Below are positions 1 to 10,455 of a stretch of DNA of 60,361 bases, in pieces. Both the position numbers and the translations under genes were made by a program. The stretch covers positions 1 to 60,361 of the forward strand of contig DNEP01000010.1 of the NCBI GenBank assembly GCA_003487265.1, written 5' to 3'. A model generated the notes under the pieces. That model worked only from the letters and a program-made list of their open reading frames with translations. It was not told the DNA's origin and did no database searches. How positions within the stretch are numbered: position 1 is the first letter of the stretch; every line of letters starts with the position of its first letter. The DNA is from Minisyncoccota bacterium. GTDB taxonomy: Bacteria; Patescibacteriota; Microgenomatia; UBA1400; UBA12028.

Positions 1-72
1 GAGCGGGTGAAGGGAATCGAACCCTCGTCTCATCCTTGGGAAGGATGCATTCTGCCATTGAACCACACCCGC
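1..72 (-). tRNA. tRNA-Gly (anticodon CCC)
   Basis: The reverse complement folds as a cloverleaf: acceptor GCGGGTG/CACCCGC, anticodon stem CATCC/GGATG with loop TT-CCC-AA, T arm GGGTTCGATTCCC. The discriminator is at pos 2 and the 3' tail is cut by the window edge. Confidence 0.85.
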
Positions 73-125
73 AACGCTTCAAATAATCGAGCAATGAGGT
101 AGTTTAACACATCAACGCAGATCAA

Positions 126-488
126 TCATTCAATTGGAATTTCGAGTTCGACTCCAGCAACCATCGCATCGGGATTGTGAATTTTTTCTTTATTTTGTTC
201 GTAAATCAGGACCCACTTGTTGCCATCACCGTAGTATTTTTGTGCGATGTTCCAAAGGGTATCGGATGCTTCTGTAATATGAACTCTGCCAGAGGGTGTT
301 GTGGTAGTATCACCTGCGGATTGGGTTGTGGTCTGATGAACTTCAATCAATCCCGATTTGAACTTGAGAAACTGAGAAAAGATCGCATACCCAACGGCTC
401 CTAGGGCGATACATCCCAAAAAAATGCTCATCACATCTTCGCGTGATTTAATCTGATAAAGAATAGAAGTTAGTGTTGATCGTTTCAT
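126..488 (-). CDS. LysM-domain protein with N-terminal membrane anchor
   Basis: 120-aa ORF with a hydrophobic helix (IFLGCIALGAVGYAIF) and a C-terminal LysM-like segment (HITEASDTLWNIAQKYYGDGNKWVLIYEQNK...VAGVELEIP). The ATG lies 3 nt after tRNA-Asp. Confidence 0.7.
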   Translation of the reverse strand: MKRSTLTSILYQIKSREDVMSIFLGCIALGAVGYAIFSQFLKFKSGLIEVHQTTTQSAGDTTTTPSGRVHITEASDTLWNIAQKYYGDGNKWVLIYEQNKEKIHNPDAMVAGVELEIPIE

Positions 489-491
489 GTA

Positions 492-567
492 TGGCGAGCC
501 CGATCGGATTCGAACCGACGATCTTCTCCGTGACAGGGAGACATGTTAACCACTACACCACGGGCCC
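492..567 (-). tRNA. tRNA-Asp (anticodon GTC), CCA encoded
   Basis: Reverse complement shows acceptor GGGCCCG/CGGGCTC, anticodon loop CT-GTC-AC, T loop GGTTCGAATCC and a 3' GCCA. Confidence 0.9.
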
Positions 568-690
568 CGAATCTCTGCATTGTATCAAAAAAAGGTTCGG
601 TTCGCAAAATGAACTCGCTCTTGACATCTAGCAGAAGAATATATAGACTGCTAAGTATTAGTTCAGCTGTGCAGAAAATTGAGGAGGCTC

Positions 691-1278
691 ATGAATTCAC
701 TTTTTTTGGTTTTTGCAGTTCTCGCAGGAGTGGTGTTGTATGTGATTTCTTTATACAACTTGTTTCAAACACTCAAAACGCGCATTAAGGCATCCATCCA
801 AGAAATTGGAAACCAGTTAAAAAGACAGTCTTCGCTCATTCCAAACCTTGAAGCGTCGGTAAAGGCTTCTTTTTCTCACGAAACTGGCATTTTCAAATTG
901 TTGTCTGAGGCGCGGGCTTCATCAGCAAAAGCCGTTCGATCGGGTAGTCTTGCGGATTCCGAGGTGGCGATCGATCAAATTCAAAAATTGGTTCCCGCAA
1001 TGAATGTGCTTGTCGAGAGCAATCCTCAAATGCAAGCTCAGGCATCCTTAACGCAGTTTATGAATGAGCTTCGTGATACTTCGGATAAACTGATGTACAG
1101 CCGACGTATTTTGATTGATCTCTCTCAAGAGTACAACATGAAACGCATGACATTTCCCAGCAATCTGGTTGCACAGGTGTTTGGATTTGGTGAAGAAAAA
1201 GGACTCGCAGGTATGGAATCCGGTTCTCATCTTGAAGTTACGCAAAAAGACACTGAAGATGTGAAGGTTTCATTATAA
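691..1278 (+). CDS. lemA: LemA family membrane protein
   Basis: The track ORF 679..1278 starts at TTG. The ATG at 691 follows GAGGAGG (681-687). There is an N-terminal TM helix and then LemA-like helices (NQLKRQSSLIPNLEASVK, YNMKRMTFPSNLVA). Confidence 0.8.
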   Translation: MNSLFLVFAVLAGVVLYVISLYNLFQTLKTRIKASIQEIGNQLKRQSSLIPNLEASVKASFSHETGIFKLLSEARASSAKAVRSGSLADSEVAIDQIQKLVPAMNVLVESNPQMQAQASLTQFMNELRDTSDKLMYSRRILIDLSQEYNMKRMTFPSNLVAQVFGFGEEKGLAGMESGSHLEVTQKDTEDVKVSL

Positions 1279-1299
1279 ATTCGTAAATCTAGTTCAGGT

Positions 1300-2202
1300 A
1301 TGCAAACCTATTATCATCTTGTTGATGCAAATAAACGATCCAGTATCATCGTTGTCGCGGGTTTTATGCTGTTTGTTGCTGTGGTGACCTGGATTTTTTC
1401 TCAGGCGATGGGGTATGGGTTAGAGACGGTTGGGGTTGCACTAATTTTTTCTGGACTGGGAAGTCTTTTGTCTTATTATTTTTCCGATCAAGTGATTCTC
1501 ACAATTAGTGGCGCACGACCTGCTTCTCGGCAAAACGATTTTCATTTTTATACCGTCACCGAAAATCTCTGTCTAGGTGCGCATCTTCCGCTCCCAAAGT
1601 TATATGTCATTGAAGACTCAGCGATGAATGCGTTCGCAACTGGTCGCGATCCCAAACACGCCGTGGTGTGCGCAACGACCGGCTTACTTCAAAAATTGAA
1701 CAGGACACAACTTGAAGGTGTTATTGCACATGAGCTTTCGCATATTCGCAACTACGACATGCTTTTGATGTCTCTTGTGAGTGTGTTGGTTGGCCTCATT
1801 GCGTTGTGCGCTGACTGGTTTCTTCGCATTGGGGGAAGGGTTCGATCCAGTCGGGATCGTGACGCAAATCAACTACAGATTGTTTTTTTCATAGTAGGCG
1901 TGGTGATGGCACTTCTTTCCCCGATCATCGCACAACTCATTCAGCTAGCGATTTCACGCCGACGAGAGTTTTTGGCAGATGCGTCCGCGGCCGCCATGAC
2001 AAAATATCCCGAAGGTTTAGCCTCTGCACTCGAACTTTTGGCGACGGACACCGAACCTTTGGAAGCGGCGAATAAGGCCACGTCACATTTGTACATCGTA
2101 AATCCTCTAAAAAATCATTATGATGCGGTAGGGTGGTTTGCACATATGTTTGCGACACATCCTCCAGTTGCCGAACGAATTCGCGCGTTGCGCGCGGTGT
2201 AA
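1300..2202 (+). CDS. htpX: M48-family zinc protease HtpX
   Basis: HEXXH site IAHELSHIRNYD, several TM segments, and a C-terminal FATHPPVAERI typical of HtpX. Confidence 0.85.
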   Translation: MQTYYHLVDANKRSSIIVVAGFMLFVAVVTWIFSQAMGYGLETVGVALIFSGLGSLLSYYFSDQVILTISGARPASRQNDFHFYTVTENLCLGAHLPLPKLYVIEDSAMNAFATGRDPKHAVVCATTGLLQKLNRTQLEGVIAHELSHIRNYDMLLMSLVSVLVGLIALCADWFLRIGGRVRSSRDRDANQLQIVFFIVGVVMALLSPIIAQLIQLAISRRREFLADASAAAMTKYPEGLASALELLATDTEPLEAANKATSHLYIVNPLKNHYDAVGWFAHMFATHPPVAERIRALRAV

Positions 2203-2252
2203 TCTCGATTTCCTCTAGATATTTAAAATCCTCGGTGGTATATTCATCAAAT

Positions 2253-2558
2253 ATGAACTCACATGCGCTCGACGAAAAAATGGTGGAAACGCTTGGGAGT
2301 ATGGCGAAAATTCCATTAACCGTCGCACAAAAAAAACGTTTCGCGTCAACATTGAGCACGATTGTGCAGTACATGAACAACTTACGATCACTTGATTTAT
2401 CCTCGATTCATAGTGAGACGCGTCCAACCGATCTGGAAAATATTTTTCGTGAAGATGTAATAGAACCATCACTTTCCCAAGCTGAAGCGCTCGCACATGC
2501 TATGTCGGAAGATGGATACATTCTTGCTCCATACGTATTTGGAGGAGACGATGCCTAA
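2253..2558 (+). CDS. gatC: Asp/Glu-tRNA amidotransferase subunit C
   Basis: Track ORF 2133..2558 trimmed to the ATG at 2253, giving 101 aa. It lies directly upstream of gatA and overlaps it by 8 nt. The C-terminal ...RPTDLENIFREDVIEPSLSQAEAL... is GatC-like. Confidence 0.8.
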   Translation: MNSHALDEKMVETLGSMAKIPLTVAQKKRFASTLSTIVQYMNNLRSLDLSSIHSETRPTDLENIFREDVIEPSLSQAEALAHAMSEDGYILAPYVFGGDDA

Positions 2559-3978
2559 TCAAACGAAGATTATGGATCATTCGATTCGCGACATCCTGCA
2601 CATGATCCGTGAAAAACAGGTTTCTCCAAACGAGTTACTTGATGAGGCATATCAAAACATCCATCAAGTACATGAACAACTGAACGCATTTATCACTATT
2701 CAAGAAAAAGAGCGTGCTGTTCGCGAAATTCAAAAACACGAGCAGGATCATGCTGTTTTTTTTGGACTCCCATACTCGTTGAAAGATGCGTACTGCACAA
2801 AAGACATACGCACGACATCCGCGAGTGCTGTGCTTCAAGATTTTACTCCACCCTACAGTGCAACGGTGTATGAAAAACTGCAACACACGGGTGCGGTGCT
2901 TGTGGGAAAAAATAACCAAGATGCATGGGGTCATGGGGGATCAACAGAAAACACCGATTTTGGTCCAACAAAAAATCCGTGGAATCTTTCGTGTATTCCT
3001 GGGGGATCAAGTGGTGGCTCTGCTGTGGCAATCTCCACGCGCATGGTTCTCTTTTCTATTGGCGAAGATACGGGTGGATCAATCCGCAGTCCCGCCTCAA
3101 TGTGTAATATTTCAGGATTGAAGGTAACCTACGGTCGCGTTTCACGTTATGGAACGATCGCGTACGCGTCATCACTGGACACGGTTGGTCCAATGGCAAA
3201 GTCTGTTGACGATCTCGCATTCGTACTAAAAGAAATTGCTGGAAACGATCCACACGATCTCACGTCTTCACCACTTCCTGTTCCCGATTATCCGACATTG
3301 ATTCAACGTGACGTGAAAAAGATGCGCATCGGGTTGCCGAAAGAGTTTTTTGGTGAAGGATTAACTGATGAAGTGCGCGCTGTTGTTGATCAAGCAATCA
3401 AGGCGTTCGAACGTCTTGGAGTTGAGTTTGTGAACGTTTCTATGCCATATGTATCGCTTGGGGTTTCGATTTATTATTTAATCGCTCCAAGTGAAACAAG
3501 TTCAAACTTAGCAAGATATGACGGAATTCGATATGGCCAAGATCGATCGAACTTTACTGAAGAAACAATTCGACGTATTTTACTTGGAACCTACGCACTT
3601 TCTGCTGGATATGCCGACGAACTGTACAAAAAAGCACAAAAAGCCCGAGAAATTCTCATTGAGGAATATCGCGAGGCATTGTCGCATTGTGACGCGCTTC
3701 TTGCGCCTGTTACGCCCAGTAAACCGTCGAGAATTGGCGAGCTTTTGTCGGATCCCATGCGAAACCTACTTGAAGATCTCTACACCGTTACCATCAATTT
3801 GGCAGGCGTCCCAAGTCTTGCGATTCCTGCGGGATTTTCTTCAGATAAACTTCCGATTGGAATTCAACTGATTGGGAAACCTTTCGATGAACTCACCCTC
3901 TTGCAACTCGGAAATGCATTTCAACAAGCCACGAACTGGCATACAGAAAAACCACCTCTTTTGGAGCAACACCCATGA
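2551..3978 (+). CDS. gatA: Asp/Glu-tRNA amidotransferase subunit A
   Basis: ATG 2551 follows GGAGGAG. Amidase signature GGSSGGSAVA and GEDTGGSIRSPAS. ATGA overlap with gatB. Confidence 0.92.
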   Translation: MPNQTKIMDHSIRDILHMIREKQVSPNELLDEAYQNIHQVHEQLNAFITIQEKERAVREIQKHEQDHAVFFGLPYSLKDAYCTKDIRTTSASAVLQDFTPPYSATVYEKLQHTGAVLVGKNNQDAWGHGGSTENTDFGPTKNPWNLSCIPGGSSGGSAVAISTRMVLFSIGEDTGGSIRSPASMCNISGLKVTYGRVSRYGTIAYASSLDTVGPMAKSVDDLAFVLKEIAGNDPHDLTSSPLPVPDYPTLIQRDVKKMRIGLPKEFFGEGLTDEVRAVVDQAIKAFERLGVEFVNVSMPYVSLGVSIYYLIAPSETSSNLARYDGIRYGQDRSNFTEETIRRILLGTYALSAGYADELYKKAQKAREILIEEYREALSHCDALLAPVTPSKPSRIGELLSDPMRNLLEDLYTVTINLAGVPSLAIPAGFSSDKLPIGIQLIGKPFDELTLLQLGNAFQQATNWHTEKPPLLEQHP

Positions 3979-5285
3979 CCTATTTTCCAATCATCGGTTT
4001 AGAAATTCACGTTGAGTTGAAAACAAATTCAAAAATGTTTTGTGGATGCAAAAACGATCCGTTTGGTGCAGGAAAACCAAACATTTATACTTGTCCTGTT
4101 TGCTTAGGAATGCCTGGCGCTCTTCCACGTACAAATAGAAAAGCGGTGGAATGGACGCAACTTCTCGGTTTGGCGCTTCACTGCAATCTCGCAACACAAT
4201 CTAAATTCGATCGGAAACATTATTTTTATCCAGACCTTCCAAAGGGATATCAAATCTCACAATACGATCAACCGTTATGTGAAAACGGATATATCGACAC
4301 CAGTGTTGGTCGAATTGGAATTCGTCGTGTTCATCTGGAAGAAGACACCGCGAAAATGCAACACATTCTCGTGCACGGCACACGAACATCATGCATTGAT
4401 TTTAATCGATCAGGTGTTCCATTAGTTGAAATCGTGACAGAACCTGATATTCGTTCCCCGCAACAAGCCCGTGAGTACGCAAAAAAGATTCAGGAAATTG
4501 TTCGAACACTTCACATTAGCGACGCCGATATGGAAAAAGGAAGTATGCGATTGGAAGCCAATATTTCGCTTTCAACCGATGGAAAAACACTTCCCGCGTA
4601 TAAAGTTGAGGTCAAAAACATCAACTCATTCCGATTTTTAGAAAAAGCATGCACATTCGAACTCGAGCGACATGAAAAACTGCTCACTCAAAACGCGGTG
4701 CCTGTTCAGGAAACTCGAGGGTGGAGCGAATCAAAAAATGGAACTGTTTCGCAACGATCGAAAGAAAATGCTGAGGATTATCGCTACTTTCCCGAACCCG
4801 ATCTTCCCCCAATGAGATTTTCCGATGAAGATTTTGAAAAAATTCGTGCTCAACTTCCCGAGCTACCCGAAGATGCGATTTCTCGTTATATTTTGGCAGG
4901 AATTCCAGAAAACATCGCGCGGACAGTTGCCCAAAATCGGTCTTTTGCGGGAGTGATCGATGCATTGCTCGTTTCTTCTCACAAAAATATGGTTGTTTCG
5001 GTGGCACAAGCGATCGTGAACAAAAAAGTGCTTGTTGAAGGAAAATCTGCTGATGTTGTTGTCGCAGAAGTTACTGCGTTTTCAAAAAACGATGAGATTT
5101 CTGAAAGTAATCTTCAAACAGCTGTTCATGCTGTGATTGAGGAACAGGAAAAAGCGGTGGCCGATTTTCGTTCGGGGAAACAACAAGTGTTAGGCTTTCT
5201 CGTAGGAATGGTGATACGAAAACTTGGGAAAAAGATCGATGCAAAAACGGTTGCTGAAAAACTGCACTCAGCGATTCAAGCGTAA
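3975..5285 (+). CDS. gatB: Asp/Glu-tRNA amidotransferase subunit B
   Basis: N-terminus IGLEIHVELKTNSKMFCGC, then RRVHLEEDTAKM and a C-terminal YqeY-like tail. At 436 aa it is somewhat short. Confidence 0.9.
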   Translation: MTYFPIIGLEIHVELKTNSKMFCGCKNDPFGAGKPNIYTCPVCLGMPGALPRTNRKAVEWTQLLGLALHCNLATQSKFDRKHYFYPDLPKGYQISQYDQPLCENGYIDTSVGRIGIRRVHLEEDTAKMQHILVHGTRTSCIDFNRSGVPLVEIVTEPDIRSPQQAREYAKKIQEIVRTLHISDADMEKGSMRLEANISLSTDGKTLPAYKVEVKNINSFRFLEKACTFELERHEKLLTQNAVPVQETRGWSESKNGTVSQRSKENAEDYRYFPEPDLPPMRFSDEDFEKIRAQLPELPEDAISRYILAGIPENIARTVAQNRSFAGVIDALLVSSHKNMVVSVAQAIVNKKVLVEGKSADVVVAEVTAFSKNDEISESNLQTAVHAVIEEQEKAVADFRSGKQQVLGFLVGMVIRKLGKKIDAKTVAEKLHSAIQA

Positions 5286-5314
5286 ACAAGCAGAATCTGA
5301 TACGATACTCGCGT

Positions 5315-8300
5315 ATGTCGTTTGTTCACCTTCATGTTCACACTGAATATTCACTGCTTGATGGATTGTGCAAGATTCCAAAACTTTTAGCGCGCACAAA
5401 AGAGCTCGGTCAACCCGCAGTCGCAATGACTGACCATGGAAATTTACATGGTGCAATTCATTTTTATAATTACGCAAAAGAATACGGTATTAAACCAATT
5501 ATTGGAATCGAGCAGTATGTGGCCGCACAATCGCGACTCGACAAACAACCGCGCATGGGTGCGGATCAATTTCATCTTTTGCTTTTGGCTCAAAATTTTG
5601 CTGGATACAAAAACCTTCTCAAGCTATCCTCATTTGCTCATCTGGAAGGATTTTCGTATAAACCACGCATCGATTTTGAGTTATTACAAAAATATAACGA
5701 GGGATTGATTGTCACAACGGGGTGTATGGCAAGTCAATTTTCAAAATTGATTATGGAAAATCGAAAAGATGATGCAATCGCACTGATGAAACAGTACCTT
5801 GAAGTTTTCGAGGGGCGATTTTTTATCGAGATTCAACGGCACGATGCGATTCCTCAAGTACAAGATCTCACAAAACAACTCGTTTCGATCTCGCGAAAAC
5901 TGGGAATTCCTCTCGTGGCAACCAATGATGTGCACTACATCAATCAAGACGACGCGGAGGCTCAGGATGTTTTGCTCGCCGTTCAAATGCGAAAAACGGT
6001 TGACGACAAAGATCGCATGTCTATGCTTGACTCTCCTGATTTTTACTTGCGATCAACCGAAGAAATGGAACAGCTCTTTGCGGAGTATCCCGAAGCAATT
6101 GAGAATACCGTAAAGATTGCCGACATGTGCAACGTTGAAATTCCAATTGGCAAATGGATCTTACCCGTGTTTCCCCTTCCCGCAGGAGAAACATCGGAAT
6201 CACTTTTTGAAAAAATGGCAAATGAAGGCCTCCGGAAAAAGGTTGGCGAAGTAACCGAAGAGATGCAAAAACGATTGGATTATGAGCTTGGAATTATTTC
6301 AAATAAAGGATTCGCAACGTACTTTCTGATTGTGCAAGACTTTGTAACTTGGGCAAAAAATCAGGGCATTTATGTTGGCCCAGGGAGAGGATCCGCAGCG
6401 GGATCACTGGTCGCGTTTTCACTTAACATTACCACAATGAATCCGCTCGTCCATAATCTTCCTTTTGAACGATTCATGAATCCGCAACGACCCACGCCTC
6501 CCGACATCGATATGGATTTTGCTGATGTTCGTCGAGAAGAAGTGATTAAGTACGTTACGCAACGGTATGGGGAAGACAAGGTCGCGCAAATCATCACGTT
6601 TGGAGCGATGGAATCTCGCGCAGCGGTGCGTGATGTTGGTCGCGCATTGGGAATGCCATATAGCGAACCTGATATTATCGCAAAACTCATTCCGCAAGGC
6701 GCCTCCATTTCCGATGCGCTTCAGAATGTCCCCGAGTTGCGCGAGTACTACAAACAACAGAAGTTTAAAAAGTTGCTTGATCTCAGCATGAAGGTTGAAG
6801 GAAATGTTCGACACAGCAGTGTTCACGCCGCGGGACTTGTGATTTCGGATAAGCCGTTGATGGAGTACACGCCGATCATGAAAGATGCGAAAGAAGGGAA
6901 GATTGTCACGCAATATGACATGAAAGCACTTGATAGAAACGTGAGTGATTTGGCAATTGGATTACTCAAAATGGACTTCTTGGGGTTACGAAACCTTTCC
7001 ATCCTTGGCGAAGCGGTGAAGATTGTGCAACAACAAACCGGCGAACACATTGATCTCGTACAAATTCCTTTAGACGATCCTCACGTATACACCATGCTTT
7101 CGAGCGGAGAAACAACGGGAGTGTTTCAACTTGAATCCGCAGGAATGCGCCGTGTTGCGCGTGCGTTGAAACCGTCAACGTTTAGTGACATCACCGCTAT
7201 GGTCGCGCTATACCGTCCTGGGCCAATGGATCTGATCAACGATTTTATCGAAGGAAAACACCACCCATCGTCCGTGAAATATCCACATGAAGATCTGAAG
7301 CAAGTCTTGCAGGAAACCTACGGGATCATGGTGTATCAAGAGCAGGCATTGCAGGTCGCGCATGTGATGGCGGGATACTCTTTGGGAGAAGCCGATATCT
7401 TGCGCAGGGCAATTGGGAAAAAGAAAATCGAGATTATGAACGAGCAACACAAGGAATTCATCAATCGATCGATGAAGTTGGGTTACGCAAAAGACGTTGC
7501 CGATAAAGTTTGGAGTTATATTGAAAAGTTCGCGGATTATGGGTTTAACAAAGCTCACGCGGCGAGTTATGCAATGGTCGCATATCAAACGGCGTACATG
7601 AAGGTAAAGTTTCCTGTTGAGTACATGTGCGCGGTGCTTTCGATTGAGTCTGCTTCAGGTAGTGCGTCTTCAGAAGATAAGGTGTATATGGGTATCCAAG
7701 AATGTAAACGCATGAACATTGCGCTACTCACTCCCGATATCAATTTGTCATCTGCGGAGTTCACTTTAGAAAATAATGAACACTCGATGAACAAGAAAGC
7801 GATTCGATTTGGATTCAATGCGATTAAAAATGTGGGATCTTCGGCTATTCAAGCAATCTTAAACGCCCGAGGAGACACTCTTTTCCATGGAGTCATGGAT
7901 TTTCTGAGTCGATGTGACTTAACAAAAGTGAACAAAAAAGTGATGGAGTGTCTCGTAAAAGCAGGTGCGTTTGATGCTTTTTCCAATCGCGCCTCAATTC
8001 TTGAACAGTTTGAAAGCATAAAAACAAAAATCCAAGCGCTGCCGGATGCACAAGACGGTCAAACTGGGCTATTTTCTGCATCACATCAACAACTTCAAGA
8101 TACCTTTTTGCAGATTGAAGAATACCCCCAAGCGGAACTCCTTTCATTTGAAAAAGAGTTATTCGGTTTTTACTTAACAGAGCATCCACTGGCTTCCGCA
8201 CTTCAGTACGTTTCAAAATACGCAACAAAAAAGATTGACGATATCGATCCTCACATGCATAACGGGACGATTGTGTGGATTGGCGGAATTGTGGAAACTT

Positions 8301-8749
8301 GGAGAACCGTTGTAACCAAAAAATCGGGTAAGGCGATGGGGTTTGGCACTATTAGTGATGGAACAGGCCAACTTGAATTTGTTGTTTTTCCCTCAACATA
8401 TGAAAAACATCAAGCCAGCCTAAAAGCGGACACAGTGTTGTTGTTAAAAGGAAAAATTGAGGAACGAGAAGAAAAAGTCACGTTAATTGTCGATACCATT
8501 CGTATTCCCGATATTGATGATGACATTTCACAATCAGATGAAAAATCTGCGTTTGAACTCATCATTCCTAGAGGAACAACAAAAGAAATCCTGCTCTCAC
8601 TTGGAAAAGTTCTTCGAGCACATCCAGGAAAAGACGCGTTAATTTTACTCATTCCCAACGGAGCGGAACCCAAACGCATGAAGCTTCCGTACACTGTTGA
8701 GTGGAATGAGTCGCTACAATCCGAAGTTGCACAGATATTACAGGCGTGA
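5315..8749 (+). CDS. dnaE: DNA polymerase III alpha subunit
   Basis: 1144 aa with PHP N-terminus FVHLHVHTEYSLLDG, a polymerase core (GPGRGSAAGSLVAFSL, MDFLGLRNLS) and a C-terminal OB fold. Confidence 0.95.
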   Translation: MSFVHLHVHTEYSLLDGLCKIPKLLARTKELGQPAVAMTDHGNLHGAIHFYNYAKEYGIKPIIGIEQYVAAQSRLDKQPRMGADQFHLLLLAQNFAGYKNLLKLSSFAHLEGFSYKPRIDFELLQKYNEGLIVTTGCMASQFSKLIMENRKDDAIALMKQYLEVFEGRFFIEIQRHDAIPQVQDLTKQLVSISRKLGIPLVATNDVHYINQDDAEAQDVLLAVQMRKTVDDKDRMSMLDSPDFYLRSTEEMEQLFAEYPEAIENTVKIADMCNVEIPIGKWILPVFPLPAGETSESLFEKMANEGLRKKVGEVTEEMQKRLDYELGIISNKGFATYFLIVQDFVTWAKNQGIYVGPGRGSAAGSLVAFSLNITTMNPLVHNLPFERFMNPQRPTPPDIDMDFADVRREEVIKYVTQRYGEDKVAQIITFGAMESRAAVRDVGRALGMPYSEPDIIAKLIPQGASISDALQNVPELREYYKQQKFKKLLDLSMKVEGNVRHSSVHAAGLVISDKPLMEYTPIMKDAKEGKIVTQYDMKALDRNVSDLAIGLLKMDFLGLRNLSILGEAVKIVQQQTGEHIDLVQIPLDDPHVYTMLSSGETTGVFQLESAGMRRVARALKPSTFSDITAMVALYRPGPMDLINDFIEGKHHPSSVKYPHEDLKQVLQETYGIMVYQEQALQVAHVMAGYSLGEADILRRAIGKKKIEIMNEQHKEFINRSMKLGYAKDVADKVWSYIEKFADYGFNKAHAASYAMVAYQTAYMKVKFPVEYMCAVLSIESASGSASSEDKVYMGIQECKRMNIALLTPDINLSSAEFTLENNEHSMNKKAIRFGFNAIKNVGSSAIQAILNARGDTLFHGVMDFLSRCDLTKVNKKVMECLVKAGAFDAFSNRASILEQFESIKTKIQALPDAQDGQTGLFSASHQQLQDTFLQIEEYPQAELLSFEKELFGFYLTEHPLASALQYVSKYATKKIDDIDPHMHNGTIVWIGGIVETWRTVVTKKSGKAMGFGTISDGTGQLEFVVFPSTYEKHQASLKADTVLLLKGKIEEREEKVTLIVDTIRIPDIDDDISQSDEKSAFELIIPRGTTKEILLSLGKVLRAHPGKDALILLIPNGAEPKRMKLPYTVEWNESLQSEVAQILQA

Positions 8750-8760
8750 TAGCATACGCT

Positions 8761-10425
8761 ATGCCACAAAAATATTCCCCAAAATTCGTCTTTGTATCAG
8801 GTGGAGTCCTTTCTTCTTTAGGAAAAGGCATCACAACTGCATCACTCGCATTGTTGCTTCAATCTCGCGGATATCGCGTCACCATTGTGAAATGCGAAAA
8901 CTATCTCAACATCGATTCCGGTCTTATTAATCCGATCGAACATGGCGATCCGTTCTTATGTGATGACGGAACCGAAGCCGATATGGATCTGGGAACCTAC
9001 GAAAAGTTTCTCAACAAAAACATGGGGAAGCTCAACTTTATTACGCTAGGTCAAATTTACAAAGCGGTGATTGATCGGGAACGAGCCTTTGGGTACAAAG
9101 GGGAGGATGTGGAGATGCCTCACGTGTGTGAGGAAATCATTTCTCGAATTACGGACGCTGGGAAACAAGAAAACGCCGATATCATTATCACTGAGTTGGG
9201 AGGAACCGCGGGTGAGTATTTAAATGTGCTCTATTACGAATCCGCACGTATCCTTCGATATCGAAACGAAGAAATGGTGCTTCATGTTCACGTGAGTTAT
9301 CTTCCAACGCCTTCGCATATCGGTGAACCAAAAACCAAACCAACGCAACTTTCTGTCCAACGATTGAACGCAATGGGAATTCAACCAGATTTTATTGTCG
9401 CACGATCCAAAAATCCAATGGACGAACGCCGCCGTGACCGATTTGCGTTTTTCTGCAATGTACGGCCTTCGCACATTATTTCTGCACCAGATATGCCAAG
9501 TGTGTACGAAGTCCCTCTGTTATTTGCTGATCAAAAACTCGATGAACTTGTGCTTAAAGAGCTTAAATTACCCAAACGAAAACTCGAGATCTCCGCTTGG
9601 AAAGCAATGGTGAAAAAAATTCAAAAACCGCGTCTCAAAAAAGTGACGATTGGGATTGTTGGAAAGTATCTTGCAACGGGAACGTACCAGCTCATTGATT
9701 CATACGCCGCTCTGCACGACGCGTTAATGCATGCATCTGCCGAGGTAGGGGTTGAGATGGAGATTGACTGGATTAATGCCGAAAAACTTGAAAAACTCGA
9801 TAAAAAGAAACGATTTGAGTCGCTTTCTCACCTTTCGGGTGTCATTGTTCCAATTGGATGGGGTGCTCGGGGAGTCGAGGGAAAAATCGATGCCGTCGAG
9901 TTTGCTCGCGAGCAACGTGTTCCGTATCTCGGGCTGTGCTACGGAATGCAGTTGGCGGTGGTTGAGTTTGCCCGTCACGTAGCAGGGTTTCTTGATGCAA
10001 ACACGCAAGAAGTTGATCCTGACTCAAAACATCAGGTGATCCATATGATCCCAGATCAACAGCGCATTTTGGAAAATCGCGCTTACGGAGGTACGATGCG
10101 CCTCGGGAAATGGGAGTGTAAAGTTGAACCTAACACCGTTGCCTCAAAGATATACCAAAGTAACCGCATTTGGGAACGCCATCGCCATCGGTACGAATTT
10201 AATGACGCGTATGCGGATATTTTAGAAGAAAAAGGACTCATTATTTCGGGGCGATCGGTGAAAGAGAACCTCGTTGAAATGATCGAACTCCCCGCAAATG
10301 CGCATCCTTTCTTTTTCGCAACACAAGGCCACCCAGAATACAAGTCGCGGCCTCTTCAGCCGCATCCCGTGTTTGTTGCATTTATGGATGCCTGCGTAAA
10401 AAAAGCGGATCCTACGCCAAAATAA
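8761..10425 (+). CDS. pyrG: CTP synthase
   Basis: Track ORF trimmed to ATG 8761. Motifs KFVFVSGGVLSSLGKG, GATase GLCYGMQ and HRHRYEFN. Confidence 0.95.
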   Translation: MPQKYSPKFVFVSGGVLSSLGKGITTASLALLLQSRGYRVTIVKCENYLNIDSGLINPIEHGDPFLCDDGTEADMDLGTYEKFLNKNMGKLNFITLGQIYKAVIDRERAFGYKGEDVEMPHVCEEIISRITDAGKQENADIIITELGGTAGEYLNVLYYESARILRYRNEEMVLHVHVSYLPTPSHIGEPKTKPTQLSVQRLNAMGIQPDFIVARSKNPMDERRRDRFAFFCNVRPSHIISAPDMPSVYEVPLLFADQKLDELVLKELKLPKRKLEISAWKAMVKKIQKPRLKKVTIGIVGKYLATGTYQLIDSYAALHDALMHASAEVGVEMEIDWINAEKLEKLDKKKRFESLSHLSGVIVPIGWGARGVEGKIDAVEFAREQRVPYLGLCYGMQLAVVEFARHVAGFLDANTQEVDPDSKHQVIHMIPDQQRILENRAYGGTMRLGKWECKVEPNTVASKIYQSNRIWERHRHRYEFNDAYADILEEKGLIISGRSVKENLVEMIELPANAHPFFFATQGHPEYKSRPLQPHPVFVAFMDACVKKADPTPK

Positions 10426-10455
10426 CAAAATTCCTACAAACTCAGGCTTCACCGC

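Noticed and set aside
2133-2252. N-terminal extensions given by the ORF track (gatC 2133, gatA 2497, pyrG 8746, atpD 17345, greA 21401, AbiEii 24515, MFS 31097, GT-C 35532, 40707, 41251, 49895, 54099)
   Set aside because: The extensions overlap upstream genes or promoters and often begin at TTG/GTG. Internal ATGs with an SD or with a -10 box at leaderless spacing give family-typical N-termini.
6419-6913. Long antisense and off-frame ORFs inside conserved genes (for example 6419..6913 in dnaE, 16003..16404 in atpA, 38522..38914 opposite the RRM gene, 54500..54940 in pyk, 14238..14546 in atpF)
   Set aside because: These are shadow ORFs. They fully overlap strongly supported genes and have low-complexity or biased composition typical of non-coding frames.
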